A DNA stretch of 64,000 nt from Nitrospirota bacterium (GCA_963818475.1 CAWFSF010000006.1:1728001-1792000); one strand, 5' to 3'. Counted from the stretch's first letter, positions 1-13,660 are shown. The notes: generated by a model from the letters alone, not told the origin. Translations and numbers: made by a program.

Positions 1-414
1 CGCCAGCCGGAGGCTCGCCAGGTTCCTTTTGAGAAGGCCCGGCCCGGCGGCAAGCGCACCCGCAAGCGCCACGAGCAGACCGGCGCCCCTCACAAAGTCG
101 ATATGGAACGGGAAGAATCCGCCCACGATCGGCACGAACAGCACGCCGCCGCCCACGCCGCCGAGCACCGCCAGGATGCCGAGGATGAACGTGACGATGA
201 ACAGGGCCAGCGGCCAGATCCACCAGGGTGCGGCCGACTCGGGAACGGCGGAAGCGATCGGCGCGGCAGCATGCGCATCCCCGTGCGCGGTCTCTGTCAC
301 AGCGGAGACGGCGGCAGGCGCAGCGTCATGCGCTGCAAACGACGCAGTGGCCGTAACAAGCGCAACCGCTACGAGCAACATCATGATTATGATCCTTGAA
401 TAACGATGTGGCAT
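1..414 (-). CDS. Sulfite exporter TauE/SafE family membrane protein (5' part; runs off window start)
   Basis: My translation of the minus strand from ATG at 414: MPHRYSRIIIMMLLVAVALV...WWIWPLALFIVTFILGILAVLGGVGGGVLFVPIVGGFFPF. The GGVGGG-x-LFVP motif is typical of TauE/SafE. GGGAGG RBS upstream. Not in the ORF track. Confidence 0.75.
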   Translation of the reverse strand, partial: MPHRYSRIIIMMLLVAVALVTATASFAAHDAAPAAVSAVTETAHGDAHAAAPIASAVPESAAPWWIWPLALFIVTFILGILAVLGGVGGGVLFVPIVGGFFPFHIDFVRGAGLLVALAGALAAGPGLLKRNLASLRLA

Positions 415-766
415 TTCTTATTATTCCCTCCCTTTAGCTATTTAAATCAATGTACTGAAATATTTTCAGCGGATAAACTATTGCGTTATGCACTCATGGG
501 GTTTCATTTTGCACGGCTGATCATGTTATTATAATGATGGAGAAGTTGTCAAGAAAAATATACCTCTGCTCGGCGTAATCACCATTAAAACATTCAAGCG
601 GGCTATAAAAATAGCTTATGGTTGGGGGAAAAAACGAAGTTTTTTTGGGGTTGACAGAGTGGCGAGGCCAGCTTTTACCGCGGAGACGCTGAGACGCCGA
701 GAAGATCTAATTATTTTAACGTGCCGCTCTCTGCGCCTCCGCGCCTCGGCGGTGAATTCATGGGCG

Positions 767-3700
767 CTACACTCGTACTATCCGCTCGAACACAGCCCTC
801 ACTCCCGCACTAGTCCGTTCGTACTCCTGAAGGAGCTTCCGGCCTGCAGGCATGCCGTCATCGTCGTAACCCATCCGGCGTGCCAGCGGGCGAAGTTTTT
901 CCGGGTCACGGGCGAGTTCGCTCGTCGCCTGGTTCGTCACGATCCTCATCCTGCTTTCAAGCAGACGCATGAATCGGCATGCCGGCGCCAGAAAACGGTA
1001 ATCCTCAGGCGCAAGGAGCCGCTCCTTATGCAATGCCCGCAGCGCATTCATGGTTCCCGGGACCCTCACCCATGCATGCCGGTTTCCGTGCAAAAGCTGC
1101 AGATACTGCACAAGGAACTCGATATCCACCAGGCCGCCGGCGCCCTGTTTTATATTATAGGCCCCTGCGCTCTCCTTGCCGACCTCTTCTTCCATTCTTT
1201 TGCGCATGCTGCGGATATCTTGTGCCAGCGCCGCCTGATCGACGGTCCGGTAGATCAGGCCGGGCAGGGCGCGGCAGAACTCCCGGCCGACCAGGGGGTC
1301 CCCGGCCACACTTCGCGCGCGAAGCATGGCCTGGCGCTCCCAGGTCTCTACCTGCGCGGCATAATAGCTCCTGACAGCGCTCGATGCTCTGCACCAGCGG
1401 CCCCTTGGACCCCGTCGGCCGGAGCCGCGTGTCCACGCGGAACACAAAACCTTCCCGCGTAAGCGTCGAAAGATAGGCGATCGTCTTTTCTGCGATCTTG
1501 CTGAAGTATTCGAACACGGTCATGCCCGCGGGCGGGGGCGCGGCACGCTCCTCGGAGAAGACAAAGAGGATGTCGAGGTCGGATGCGTAGGTCAGTTCCC
1601 TGCCGCCGAGCTTGCCCACGCCGATCACCGCCAGGCCCGCGGCCGACGCCTCCAGGGCGTACCGTTTCGCCGATCTCCGCCGCGGCAAGCGCAAGCGCTG
1701 ACGAGAGGCATGCTTCCGCCAGCTTCGAAAGATCGCGGCAGACCACGGCCTGATCTGCATCGGCAAGCAGGTCGGCCATGCCGAGCCGGATCTCTTCATG
1801 GTGTTTGAACCGGCGAAGCGCATCGAGCTTTTCCGTGATGCCCGGGGCCTTGTCCAGAGCGTCGCCAGTTCCTGCGAGAACACCCGGGCGGTGCCGGTCC
1901 CGAAGGCTTTGCGCGACTCAAGCAGGTTCTCGACCAAGAACAGGCCTGCTGATGAGCATGCGCGACAGATACTCGCTGTTGGCGAAGACCGCAATGAGCG
2001 TCTTGACCACGTCGGGATCGAGCTTCACCAGCGATTGAAAGGATTCCCAGGAGCCCTGCGCCGCCAGAAAGGACTCGAGATGGTTCAGGGCCATGTCCGG
2101 GTCGGGCGAGGAGACGATCTCCTGGAACAGCGCGGGGAATATATCGTTGAACAGCTTGCGGCTCCGCGGCGTCTGGTGGACAAAGGCCGGCCCTTCGCGC
2201 AGCATCAGCAGGTTGCGGTATGCCTTGCCCGGGTCGCGGAACCCGAACCGTGCAAAGGCGGCGACGGCTTCCTGCTCCGTGATCGACGCATCGAGCAGCA
2301 GGTCATAATCACTGCGATCGCCGACTGCGGCGGCACTGTCCTCGCCGGTGAACGCAAAGAGATCGTCATAGATGCTCCTGACCTTGTGCGTATGGTCGGC
2401 ATAGTCCTGGAGCAGCTGCTCCGCCTCTGTCCGGGCTCCAGATACCCCGAGCGCCGCGCCAGGGCGCGCAGTTCCCGGTCGTCCAGCGGCATGGTCTGCG
2501 TCTGCAGGTCGTCAAGGATCTGGATGCGGTGCTCGACGGTCCGGAGGAACACATAGGCCCGCGACAGGTCTGCCTGCTCCTGATAGGTGATCAGCCCCTT
2601 CTGGGCGAGCAGGTGCAGCGCCTTGAGCGCGTTCTTTTCCCGCAAGGACCGGTCCCTGCCGGCATAGATGAGCTGCAGCGCCTGGACCACGAACTCGATC
2701 TCGCGGATGCCGCCGTACCCCAGCTTCACGTCGCGGTGCGTCCTGCCTTTTTGCTCCACGTCCTTGTTGATCTTCTGCTTCATGTCGCGGATCTCGGCAA
2801 TGGCGCTGTAGTCGAGGTACTTGCGGTACACGAAGGGCGTGATCCGCTCGACGAACTCCCTGCCCAGCGCTTCATCGCCGGCCACGGGCCGCGCCTTGAT
2901 CAGCGCCGAACGCTCCCAGGTCTGGCCCCAGGACTCGTAGTAGATCTCGTAGCCGCCCAGGCTCTGCGCCAGCGGACCGCGCTGCCCCTCGGGCCGAAGC
3001 CGCAGGTCGACGCGGAACACGAACCCGTCTTCGGTCTTTTCGCCGATGGCCGCGCTCAGTTTCTCGGCAAGCTTGATGAAATACTGGTGGTTCGTGATCC
3101 TGTTCGCTGCAGCGCCGTCCGCCGACGCTGTCCCCTCGGTCTCGCCGTCCGCTGAATAGACGTACATGAGGTCCACATCGGAGCTGAAATTCAGTTCCCG
3201 GCCGCCGAGCTTGCCCATGGCAATGACGGCAAAACCGGCAGGCTGCACCGTCCCGTCCTCGCTGCGACGACCGGCCGGCCATAGCGCTTCCGCAGCTCAC
3301 CATCTGCCCATTCGTAGGCCTTCTGCAGACAGACCTCGGCAAGGTCCGACAGTTCGTTCACCGTCTCCTGGAGGTCGGCCTTGCCGAGCAGGTCGCGCAG
3401 GCCGATGCGGAGCATCTCCTGCTTTCGGAAGAGCCGCAGGACGCGGAACACGTCCTTGTCGGTCCCGGTGTCATGCAACAGATCGTCCAGCCGCGCGGCA
3501 AGAGCAGACGCGCCTGCCGGATGGGCAAGAAATTCGGCATTGGCAAGGAGTGCGAGCCCTTGTTCCTGGTATGCAATGAGAAAGGTCGAGAGAAAGCGGC
3601 TCGCGCCGAAGACCGTCAGGAGTGACACGAGCAGGGCTGGATTGGCGCGGAGAAGTGATACAAACGCCGGGACATCGTCAAGGCCGCTGACGAACCGTTC

Positions 3701-3897
3701 GAAGTTATTGAGTGCCATGTCCGGGTCAGCAGTACGGGAAAGGACGGGAAAGAAGAGCGGCAGGACCTCGCTGCAGACGCCTTCGCCGAGACCGGTCCGG
3801 AGATACTCAAGGTTCTTCAGCGCCTGCGCTAGGTCCTCTATCCCGAAGCGCACGCAATTGCTTCCTGCGAAGGCGTTATATAATTGTAAAATGACAT
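767..3897 (-). CDS. glnE: Bifunctional glutamine synthetase adenylyltransferase/adenylyl-removing enzyme (split by frameshifts; start approximate)
   Basis: ORF pieces 3191-3982, 2205-3248, 1918-2205, 1155-1994 and 767-1447 give two nucleotidyltransferase domains (MGKLGGRELNFSSDVDL...RVDLRLRPEG and GKLGGRELTYASDLD...RVDTRLRPTG), plus KLGYGGIREIEF and KQGAGGLVDIEF. Confidence 0.93.
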
Positions 3898-3985
3898 TTT
3901 TTATATTATACTGACAAGCATTGAAAGATACAACGTGGAAAAAATCACGCCTTGCAGGCTCTTTGTACAAACATACTTTCAAGAT

Positions 3986-4381
3986 ATGAAGGAATTACGC
4001 GACAACGAACGCTGCTACGTCTGCGGCACAAAGAATCCCGAAGGACTCGGCGTTCATTTCGAAATCGACCATAAGGCACGATCCATAAGCGCACGCTTCA
4101 CTCCCCGAAACGCGCATCAAGGCTTTGAGGGCATTGTCCACGGCGGCATCCTTTCGGCGCTATTGGACGAGGCCATGGCCAAACTCTCCGTCGCGCTCGG
4201 CATCCCGGCCGTGACCGCTGAGATGACCGTGAAGTTCAAAGCCTCGGCTGCTCCGGGAGAAGAGCTCATGATCACCGGCAGGCTGGTGGAAGAAACGCGG
4301 CGGCTGGTCCGGGCGGAAGCAGCGATAGGGCGGGGCCCGGTGATCGTGGCCGAAGCAAAAGGAAAACTGATACGAATATGA
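3986..4381 (+). CDS. PaaI family (hot-dog fold) thioesterase
   Basis: CYVCGTKNPEGL...HQGFEGIVHGGILSALLDEAM motif. Confidence 0.85.
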   Translation: MKELRDNERCYVCGTKNPEGLGVHFEIDHKARSISARFTPRNAHQGFEGIVHGGILSALLDEAMAKLSVALGIPAVTAEMTVKFKASAAPGEELMITGRLVEETRRLVRAEAAIGRGPVIVAEAKGKLIRI

Positions 4382-6534
4382 AATACACCAATAAACAGAT
4401 CATCGAGATCATGCAGGCCAAAGGCGGCAAACCGCTGCTCGTCCGCGAGTTGATGCGGCTCCTGCGGCTCAAACCCGAGGACCGCCACGACTTCAAACAG
4501 ACCCTGACGATGCTGGCGCAAAAGGGCGAAATTATCAAAACACGCGGCAACCGCTACGGCCTGCCGGAAAAGATGGACCTCGTTACCGGCAGATTCCAGG
4601 CCCACCCGTCCGGGCTACGGCTTCGTGATCCCTGAAAAAAAGGGCGATCCCGATGTATTCGTATCCATTGCGAGCCGGCTCGATGCCATGGACGGCGACA
4701 CAGTCGTGGTGCGCGTGTCCCCTCCTGCGGGCAGACGGAAGCAGACGGGCAAGCGCGAGGGGGCGATCGTCCGCATCGTCGAGCGCGCCCAGACCAAGAT
4801 CGTCGGCACCTATGTGCTGCAGGAAGACCGCCCCGGCGGCTTCGGTTTTGTGGAGTCGTCCAATCCGAGGATCACGCAGAACATCGTGATCAGCCGCGAG
4901 CACGCCGGCGGCGCACGCCCCGGCGATATCGTGTCCGCCGAGATCATCGCCTATCCCCTGCGCAACAGGCCGCCTGAAGGCAAGATCATCAGGATCATCG
5001 GCAAGCCGGGCCAGCCCGGCATCGATTCCGAGCTCATCATCGAGCAGTACGAGCTTCCGGTCCAGTTCTCTCCCGCTGTGCTGCGAGAGGCCGACAGCAT
5101 TGCCGCAGCAGGTGACGCCTGCCATGCGCAAGGACCGGCAGGACCTCCGCGAACTGACGACCGTAACGATCGACGGAGAAAAAGCGCGGGACTTCGACGA
5201 CGCCATCTCGATCCAGAGGATCAAGACGGGCTACCGCCTCTGGGTGCATATCGCCGACGTGGCGCACTACGTGGTCGAAGGCACGCTCCTGGACCAGGAG
5301 GCCTATCAGCGCGGCACCAGCGTGTACCTCCCGGACCGCGCCATCCCCATGCTCCCCACTGCGCTTTCGAACGGCATCTGCAGCCTCAACCCGGCAGTGG
5401 ACCGGCTGACGCTCACCTGCGAGATGGACATCTCGCCCGCAGGGCGAGATTCTGAAGTACGACATCTACGAAAGCGTCATCAACAGCAACGAACGCATGA
5501 CCTATACCGCCGTGCGGGAGATCCTGGTCGACAGGACCCGGCCCAGCGGAAGCGCTACGCGCCGATCCTGAAGGAATTCGAGCTCATGGAAGAGCTCATG
5601 CAGGTCCTCAAGGCAAAACGGTCGAAGCGCGGCAGCATCGACTTCGACCTGCCCGGAGCCCGAGATCGTCCTCGACCTCCAGGGACGCATGACGGACGAT
5701 CATCAGGGCGGAACGGAACATGGCGCACCAGATCGTCGAGGAGTTCATGCTCGCGGCGAACGAGACCGTGGCGTCCCATGTCGAGAACAGATGGAGAAGC
5801 CGTTCATCTATCGCATCCACGAGGAGCCGGCCGAGGAAAAGGTGACAGGACCTGGTCGACTTCCTCGCCACGCTCGGCATCACGCCTGCCCGACGGCCAA
5901 GAAGATCAAGCCGCTCCATCTGCAGAAGGCGCTGGCCAAGGCCAAGGGCACGCCGGAGGAAATGCTGATCAACACCGTGCTGCTCAGGACCATGAAGCAG
6001 GCCCGCTATTCCACCGAGAACGTGGGCCACTTCGGCCTCGCCGCCGAGAGCTATACCCACTTCACCTCTCCCATCAGGCGCTATCCCGACCTGATCGTCC
6101 ACCGCATCCTGAAGGCGGCAACATCGGGGCCTGCTGAAGAAAGAGGCCTACACGAAACATCTCGCAGCAGACCCTGCCCGAAGCCGCGACCCACTGTTCG
6201 CTGCGGGAGCGCACGGCCATGGAGGCCGAACGCGACGTGATCACCATGCTCAAGCTGCAGTTCATGACGGACAAGCTGGGCGAGATCTACGACGGCATCA
6301 TCACCGGCGTGGCGCAGTTCGGCTTCTTCGTGCAGCTGCAGGAGCTGTTCGTCGAAGGGCTGGTCCACATTTCTGCGCTCGACCGATGACTACTATCATT
6401 ATCATCGAGAAGCTCCACTGCTTGCGCGGCGAGCAACGCAAGAAGGTCTACCGCATCGGCGACACGGTGCGCGTGCGCGTTGACCGCGTGGACACCGGTC
6501 CGGAAAAAGATCGATTTTTCGCTGGCCGACCTAG
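4378..6534 (+). CDS. rnr: Ribonuclease R (split by frameshifts; end approximate)
   Basis: N-terminal HTH and cold-shock domains, RNB motifs TIDGEKARDFDDAIS and HFGLAAESYTHFTSPIRRYPDLIVHR, C-terminal S1 domain. Confidence 0.93.
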
Positions 6535-6859
6535 GTTCGCCGCTCCTGTGGTTTCATTTTTCTCGAAGAGCAGTTGAGCCACAAAATACACAGAAATCAC
6601 ATAAACAGCAAGTACCTGTGTCTGTGAAACATCCCTAATTTGGTGATCACTGCATTTGTTTCAATTCTTGCTTTAACTATGAGCATTATGTGCTTTTTGT
6701 GGCTAACTGCCGTTTAGTAGGTTCACCTTTTCTCTGCGCCTCTGCGAAAACGACCTGCCACATCCTTCCCTAATCACCGTTGGCCCACCCTTCCACAAAT
6801 AAAAAGACCCTGCGTTCAATGAACGAAGGGTCTTGGATGGTCTTCTTCAGTAAGCTCGT

Positions 6860-7892
6860 TTACAGCTTGATCGTGGCTTCCCGGTCGCGCAAGTTCAATC
6901 CACTGGTGTACACAGCCGCATTCTCCGGCGCTTCGGGATCATACATCCTGGCAAAAGGATCGGAGATCGAGGAGCTCTTTGGCACGGTTCACCGTGGCCG
7001 TGTCGTCGAGGCCGATATTCTTGAGGGAGATGCCGTCCCGCGGTGACCGAGAAGGACCGGAATGCGCAGGGATAGGTCACGATCGCGGGGTCGGACACAT
7101 AGGTGATCTTGCCGACGGTCTCGACCTTCGATACGTGGTGATGGCCGGAAACCACGAGGCGCACATTCGGATACTCGCTCAGGAGATCATTCACCTCGAG
7201 GCTGTTCTTGACCATCCAGAGCGACCATCCGCCGCGTTTTGTCCTGCGCCGTGGTCGGCAGCAGCAGCTGGTGCGTGAAGACCATGATGAGTTTCTTGTC
7301 CTTGTTCGCCTTCAGCTCATTCTCCAGCCACTTGAGCTCGGTCGGGCTCGCCTCTCCGTGCGGCTTTGCCGTCTACCGTCACATCGAAACCGATGACCCG
7401 CACGTCTCTTGACCGGATCGAAGGCCCAGGAGGAATGGCCCGGCCGCAGCCCCTTGCCGGTCCAGGCCTTGAGATAATCCTCCTTGCTCAGTTTGGACAC
7501 ACCGTTGACCGGCGACACCTCGGTATTGCCGAGCAGGATGTAGATACGGCATGTTCAGATGGGCCGTCCATTTCTGGAACACGTCGAGCGATTCCTTGTC
7601 GTTCGGGCCGTAGTGGATCTGGTCTCCTCCGAACACCACGAAGTTCAGTTTCGGCAGCCGGTCCGAGCTGGCGCAGCGCATCGATGAACAGGGGAACGCT
7701 CTTCTCGCGGTACTGCCAGGTGCTCTCGCCCTTCACGTCGAGGTGCAGGTCGGTAATGTGGGCAAAGGAGAACTTCGGTATTTCGATCGCCTCGGCAAAG
7801 GGCACGAACAATCGCCTGCTGATGCCCAATGCGCTCACTGCGGCGCTGCCGGCCGCCAGGCCCTTCAAAAAATTACGTCTGTTCATCACCAT
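6860..7892 (-). CDS. Tat-exported metallophosphoesterase (calcineurin-like; frameshifted)
   Basis: MNRRNFLKG twin-arginine signal; FAHITDLHL, VFGGDQ and SGHHH motifs across ORF pieces. Confidence 0.8.
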
Positions 7893-8079
7893 TCCATCCC
7901 CTTTTCTGAGTCTCGTCCGTGATCTCGAACACGCGGAACATCTGCTCGTGTAAAGTTGACATATTCCCGGATGAACTGTCAAGGGCAAAAAATTGGGCAA
8001 GCGCTCAGAACAATCAATCGGTCATGCACGGCATCTGCCGTGTTGATATTTCCCTTGCTATCTATGCTATGTTACACCC

Positions 8080-9497
8080 ATGAAGGAACTGCTCAGAAAA
8101 CTTCCGTCCGTGGACGATATCCTGAAGGAAACCAGGACCCAGCACTGGCTTGAGGCCCACCCCCGCGTTCTGGTGCTCGATGCGATCCGGTCGGCCCTGG
8201 ACCGACCAGGCGCAGGGCGATCCTGGAGCCGTCGGCACAGGCCGCTTCACTCGATGAGCGGATGCTCTCCCTGCCAGCGATCCTGGATCTGGCCGGCAGC
8301 CCTCCTGGCCGAACTCTCCGAACCGAGCCTTCAGCCGCGTCATCAATGCCACCGGCGTGGTCGTGCATACGAACCTCGGCACGTTCGATCCTGTCGGAAA
8401 AGGCGATCGAGCGCGTTGCCGAGGCCGCCCGGCAGCTACTCGAACCTCGAATACGACATCGCCGCAGGCGAGCGCGGCAAACGACACGTCCATGTCGAAG
8501 GCATCCTGACGCGGCTCACCGGCGTCGAGGCCGCCACGGCCGTGAACAACAATGCGGCCGCCGTCCTGCTCTGCCTGAACACCCTTGCCCGCGGCAAGGA
8601 AGTGATCGTTTCGCGCGGCGAACTCGTCGAGATCGGCGGCTCCTTCCGCGTGCCCGACGTGATGGAACGGAGCGGGGCCAAGCTGCGCGAGGTCGGCACG
8701 ACGAACAAGACCCATCTCAAGGACTACGAGAAGGCGATCAACGAGAACACGGGCCTGCTGCTCAAGGTCCATACGAGCAATTACAAGATCGTGGGCTTCA
8801 CCAAGGAAGTCGAGCCCGACGAGCTTGCGCAGCTCGGCAAAAAATACAACCTGCCGGTCATGTGGGACCTCGGCAGCGGCAGCTTCATCGATCTCGCTGC
8901 CTACGGCGCAGGCGGCGAACCCACGGTGCAGCAGGCCGTTGATTCCGGCGTGGACGTGCTCACCTTCAGCGGCGACAAGCTTCTGGGCGGGCCGCAGGCA
9001 GGCATGATCCTCGGCAGGACAGACGTAGCTCGACCCCATCCGGTCCAATCCCCTTGCCCGCGCTCTCCGGATCGACAAGCTTACCCTGGCCGCGCTCGAC
9101 GCCACGCTTCGCCAGTATCTGGACTGCGACAAGGCCGTGCGCGACATCCCCACGCTCTGGATGCTGACCCAGCCGCTCTCCGAGATCGAGCGCAAGGCGG
9201 AGCTGCTGTCATCGGGCTCGAAGGATCGATGATCCCGGCCTGTCCGTCGCTGATGCAGGACGACACGTCACAGAGCGGCGGCGGCGCGCTGCCCACTGGG
9301 CAATTTCCCGACCAGGACCGTCTGCATCCGCCATGACCGTATGAGCGCCAACCAGATCGAATCCGCGCCTCCGGCTGGGCAAACCGCACATCATCACCCG
9401 GATCAAGGAAGGCATGGTCCTCTTCGATCCGCGGACGCTGAACGACGATGAGATCGGAAAGATCGTGGAAGCGGTGAAAAAGCTGCTCACCTCGTAA
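8080..9497 (+). CDS. selA: L-seryl-tRNA(Sec) selenium transferase (frameshifted)
   Basis: [57 protein letters not shown]. Confidence 0.95.
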
Positions 9498-9659
9498 CAA
9501 GGTCAGAAATCAGGAATACGTCCAGTTTGACACTGATCAACACTGAACAAGTACGATTAGTCGTGACCAAATGATTTATTGCTGGAATCTGATGTAAACC
9601 GGTGCATAGCCGTTGATTTATCCTCCGTGACTCCGTATCTCGTACTCGACACTGACCCT

Positions 9660-11566
9660 ATGAAATACATCATTCTCGGCACTGCCGGACATATCGACCA
9701 CGGGAAATCGACCCTGGTCAAGGCCCTTACCGGCACCGACCCCGACCGCTTAAAGGAGGAAAAGGAGCGCGGCATCACGCTCGATCTCGGGATTCGCGTC
9801 CCTGGACCTCCCCGGCGGCAACCGCCTCGGCATCGTGGACGTGCCGGGCCATGAAGGGCTCATCAAGAACATGCTTGCCGGCGTCGGCGGCATCGATATC
9901 GTCATGCTCGTGATCGCCGCCGATGAAGGCATCATGCCCCAGACGCGCGAGCACCTCGCCATCTGCGACCTCCTGCAGGTCAAAAAAGGCCTGATCGTCC
10001 TGACCAAGATGGACATGGTGGACAAGGACTGGCTCGCGCTGGTGCAGGACGATGTCCGCGCGTTCGTCAAAGGCACCTTCCTCGAAAAGTCCCCCATCGT
10101 CCCGGTCTCGTCCAAAGACCGGCGAGAACCTGCCGCTGCTCGTCCAGGAGCTGGCAAAGCTTTCGAACGAGGTATCGCCCAAATCATCGAACGGCATCCT
10201 GCGCCTGCCCATCGACCGCGTCTTTACCATGAAAGGCTTCGGCACGGTCATCACCGGCACCCTGCTTTCGGGCACGATCAGCACGGACCAGGAGGTGGAG
10301 ATCCTGCCCAAAGGGATACGCACAAAGGTCCGCGGCATCCAGTCCCATAATCAAGGCCGCACAGCGTTCCGTCGCCGGCCAGCGCACGGCGGTCAATCTC
10401 CAGGGCGTTGAGAAGGACCAGCTCTCGCGCGGGGACACGATCGTGAGCGCCGGGTTATTTCACGCCGACCAGAACGCTCGACGCAAAGCTCGACCTGCTC
10501 AAGCAGGCGCCGCGCGGGCTCAAGACCGGCTCCCGTATCCGTTTCTACAATACCACCCAGGAGGCCATCGGCAGGATCACCATCCTCGGGCAGAACACTC
10601 TTGCGCCGGGCGAAGAGGCCTATGTCCAGCTCCGGTTCGAACAACCCGTGATCGTGCAGCACGGCGACCGGTTCATCCTGCGTTTTTATTCGCCCATGGA
10701 GACCCTGGGCGGCGGCATGGTCCTGAACCCCCATCCCCGCAGGCACAAGCAGAAGACCATGGAGGAATCGCTCAAAAACCTCGCCGTCCTTGAAAAAGGC
10801 TCGCTCGACGAACGGCTTGCGCTCCTTATTTCCGGCCGCGGCCTTGCGGGCATGGAAGAGGCCGAGGTCATCGGCGCCGTCGCCGCGGACAAACCCGATA
10901 TCGCATCAGCGCTGGCCGTCGCTTTCCCAGAAGAAGACCGTGCTGCGCGTCGACAACCGTCTACGTCCATGCCTCCCATCTCGGCACGCTGGAGCAGAAG
11001 ATCGTCGACCTCGTGACTCAGTTCCACAAGGAGAACCCGCTCAAGCCCGGCCCGGACAAGGAAGAGCTCAAGGGCATGCTCCGCATGCGGATCAGCCCCA
11101 AAGTGCTGAACCTGGCCGTTGACGGGCTCGTGAAGAAAAAAAGCTCGAGGCCGATGCGTCGAAGCTGAGGCTCCCGGGATTCAAGGCCGCCAGCGGCAAG
11201 GTGAGCGACGAGGTCAAGAACAGGATCGTGGACGCCATCAAGAAAGGCGGCACCCAGCCCCCGGTGCGGGAAGAGCTCCCCGCCCTGTTCAGCATCAGCG
11301 AAAAGGACGCGAAGGACCTGCTCAAGCTCCTTGCCGACGAAGGCAGGACCGTCAGGATCAACGACTCGCTTCACCTGGACCGCGATATCGTCGAAACGAT
11401 CAAGGCCGATCTCAGGAAGTATCTTGAAGAAAAGAAAGAGATCACCATGGCCGAGTTCCGCGACATCGCCAAGACCTCGCGCAAGTTCGCGGTGCCCATC
11501 ATGGAATATTTCGACTCGCAGAAGCTGACCCAGCGGATCGGCGACAAGAGGGTGCTGCGGGGGTAA
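9660..11566 (+). CDS. selB: Selenocysteine-specific translation elongation factor (frameshifted)
   Basis: [34 protein letters not shown] and C-terminal winged helices ([13 protein letters not shown]...RIGDKR); directly downstream of selA. Confidence 0.95.
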
Positions 11567-11706
11567 TCGCATACCCTGTTCCCCGTCACTGTTTTTCCAT
11601 GCGAAAGTAGGAACAGAAATGGTGCAAAGGCCCACCTGTGATACCTACCATGCGCCCAACATAAAGGACAAGGCCGGGAAGAACTGCACCCCCAGGAGAA
11701 CGATTC

Positions 11707-13488
11707 GTGGCAACCGTTAAAAAACCCTATGTCATAACCCGGGGAAAGGTCATCTTCGACTATTCCACCATTTACTGCGAGACGCCGGAAAAACTGCTCA
11801 GAAGCGAGCTCTTCCTGGAGATCGTCGACCGGTTCATCGAGCGCATCGCTTCACGGGGAAGCTCGCTCTTCGCGTTCCTGCGGGATGCCTGCCCGTCCAT
11901 GGAGCGGGGCAAAATGACGGCAAACCTGGCCAACGTGTTCAGACTGCTCGCGAGCCATACCGCTGAAGAGATCACCGCCATGAACAGCGAATGCGCGCCC
12001 ATTCTCGCGGACCAGGAAAAGCTCTTCGAGCTCATCGAGGAACTGTACAATTTCTGGCGGCGCTTCGAGCGGTTCATCTATCTGGAAGCTCCGCAGCGGT
12101 CCAAATACACCAAGCACAGCCTCCACCATGCCCAGTTCATCAAATCGAACGAAGAATTCAAGAACCTCGTGCTCTACGTATACCGCCGCATCAGCGAGAA
12201 CCTGAGCGGGAAGAACCCGCGCGTCTACCGCCAGCTGCCTGCGGGAGCAAACATGGGGATGCTGCTCGAACGGGTCGGATGGAACTGCCCGGCAGCGTAC
12301 ACGAACCTGCGGGATATTTCCTTTATCCGGCTCACCCTGATCGAGCCGCCGGTGATCCTCTACCCGGCCATGAACAAACGAAAGGGAAAATTCGAGGAGA
12401 TTCCGGACATCAAGGAAGGCATGCTCTCTCTGAACGCAGAAGAATGGTACTGCTATCCCGCCAAAGTCGGGGACCTGACCGCTTTTATTTACTTTCACCA
12501 CGATTTTATATCCCTGGCTCTTTCGATGTGCAATCTCTTCGAGATCGCGGACTACGAGGATATCGAAGGAAAAACTCCGGACATCATGATCGTCTTCGGC
12601 CTTGCAACCGACCTTCCGGGCGACACCCTCTTCTATGAGGATAAGGCCAACGAGATGCTCGTCGGCCTGGTCAGACATTCCGAGGAAGTGGACTACTTCG
12701 GCTATTTCAAGAAGATGACCCTGACGCTGCACAACATCGCCATGCTCAAGCGGGACCGCCTTCCTCTGCACGGCGCCATGGTCTGCATCAAACTGAAGGA
12801 TGGGGGATCGGCCAATGTCATTATCGTCGGCGACAGCGGCGCGGGAAAATCAGAGACCATCGAGGCCCTGCGCGCGCTTGCCGGTGAGCACATCTGCGAG
12901 ATGACGATCATCTTCGACGACATGGGATCGATCGGGCTTGACGCGGAAGGAAAGGTCGTGGGCTACGGGACAGAGATCGGCGCTTTTGTGCGGCTCGACG
13001 ATCTTCAGTCCGGCTATGCTTACGAGGAGATCGACCGAAGCATCTTCATGAATCCCGACAAGACCAATGCGCGCCTCATCATGCCAATCACGCGATACCA
13101 TCATATCGTTAAAGGCTATCCCGTGAACATGTTCCTCTATGCGAACAATTATGAGCAGGTGAATGACGACGTCCCTGCGATCGAGTTCTTTGGAACCCCC
13201 GAGGAAGCCCTCTCAACCTTCAGGAGTGCCGCCCGGCTTGCCAAGGGAACGACCGATGAAAAAGGACTGGTCCACACCTACTTCGCCAATCCCTTCGGCG
13301 CTCCGCAGCGCAAGGACCAGCACGAGAGGATCGCAAAACAGTATTTCGAACGTATGTTCAGGTCGGACGTCAAGGTTGGCCAGATCCGCACTCGCCTCGG
13401 CATCGGCGGCTTCGAGCATGCTGGGCCCAAAGAAGCCTCCATGGCGCTGTTCGCGGAAATACGCAAGTCCGGCGGCATGAAGAAATAA
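11707..13488 (+). CDS. Phosphoenolpyruvate carboxykinase-like P-loop protein (atypical family)
   Basis: Intact 593-aa ORF; LPLHGAM...IVGDSGAGKSE...IFDDMG matches the order of the PEPCK metal-binding His, kinase-1a and kinase-2 motifs. Confidence 0.6.
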   Translation: MATVKKPYVITRGKVIFDYSTIYCETPEKLLRSELFLEIVDRFIERIASRGSSLFAFLRDACPSMERGKMTANLANVFRLLASHTAEEITAMNSECAPILADQEKLFELIEELYNFWRRFERFIYLEAPQRSKYTKHSLHHAQFIKSNEEFKNLVLYVYRRISENLSGKNPRVYRQLPAGANMGMLLERVGWNCPAAYTNLRDISFIRLTLIEPPVILYPAMNKRKGKFEEIPDIKEGMLSLNAEEWYCYPAKVGDLTAFIYFHHDFISLALSMCNLFEIADYEDIEGKTPDIMIVFGLATDLPGDTLFYEDKANEMLVGLVRHSEEVDYFGYFKKMTLTLHNIAMLKRDRLPLHGAMVCIKLKDGGSANVIIVGDSGAGKSETIEALRALAGEHICEMTIIFDDMGSIGLDAEGKVVGYGTEIGAFVRLDDLQSGYAYEEIDRSIFMNPDKTNARLIMPITRYHHIVKGYPVNMFLYANNYEQVNDDVPAIEFFGTPEEALSTFRSAARLAKGTTDEKGLVHTYFANPFGAPQRKDQHERIAKQYFERMFRSDVKVGQIRTRLGIGGFEHAGPKEASMALFAEIRKSGGMKK

Positions 13489-13660
13489 GGCCTTTCGACA
13501 AACTTTACAGACTGTAATACTTGATAAAGCTAAGATCCACCACAGAGACACAGAGAAAAGCAAAATACATTAATACATGGGTTTCCTCCGTGCCTCTGTG
13601 CCTCCGTGGTTAAATCCGACTTTTATGCTTTATCATGCTTTTCTTTTTTTGAGGAAAACA

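Noticed and set aside
8080-11566. Selenoprotein genes or tRNA-Sec near selA-selB
   Set aside because: I found no selC or selD and no convincing in-frame UGA with a SECIS in the window. The redox proteins here use Cys.
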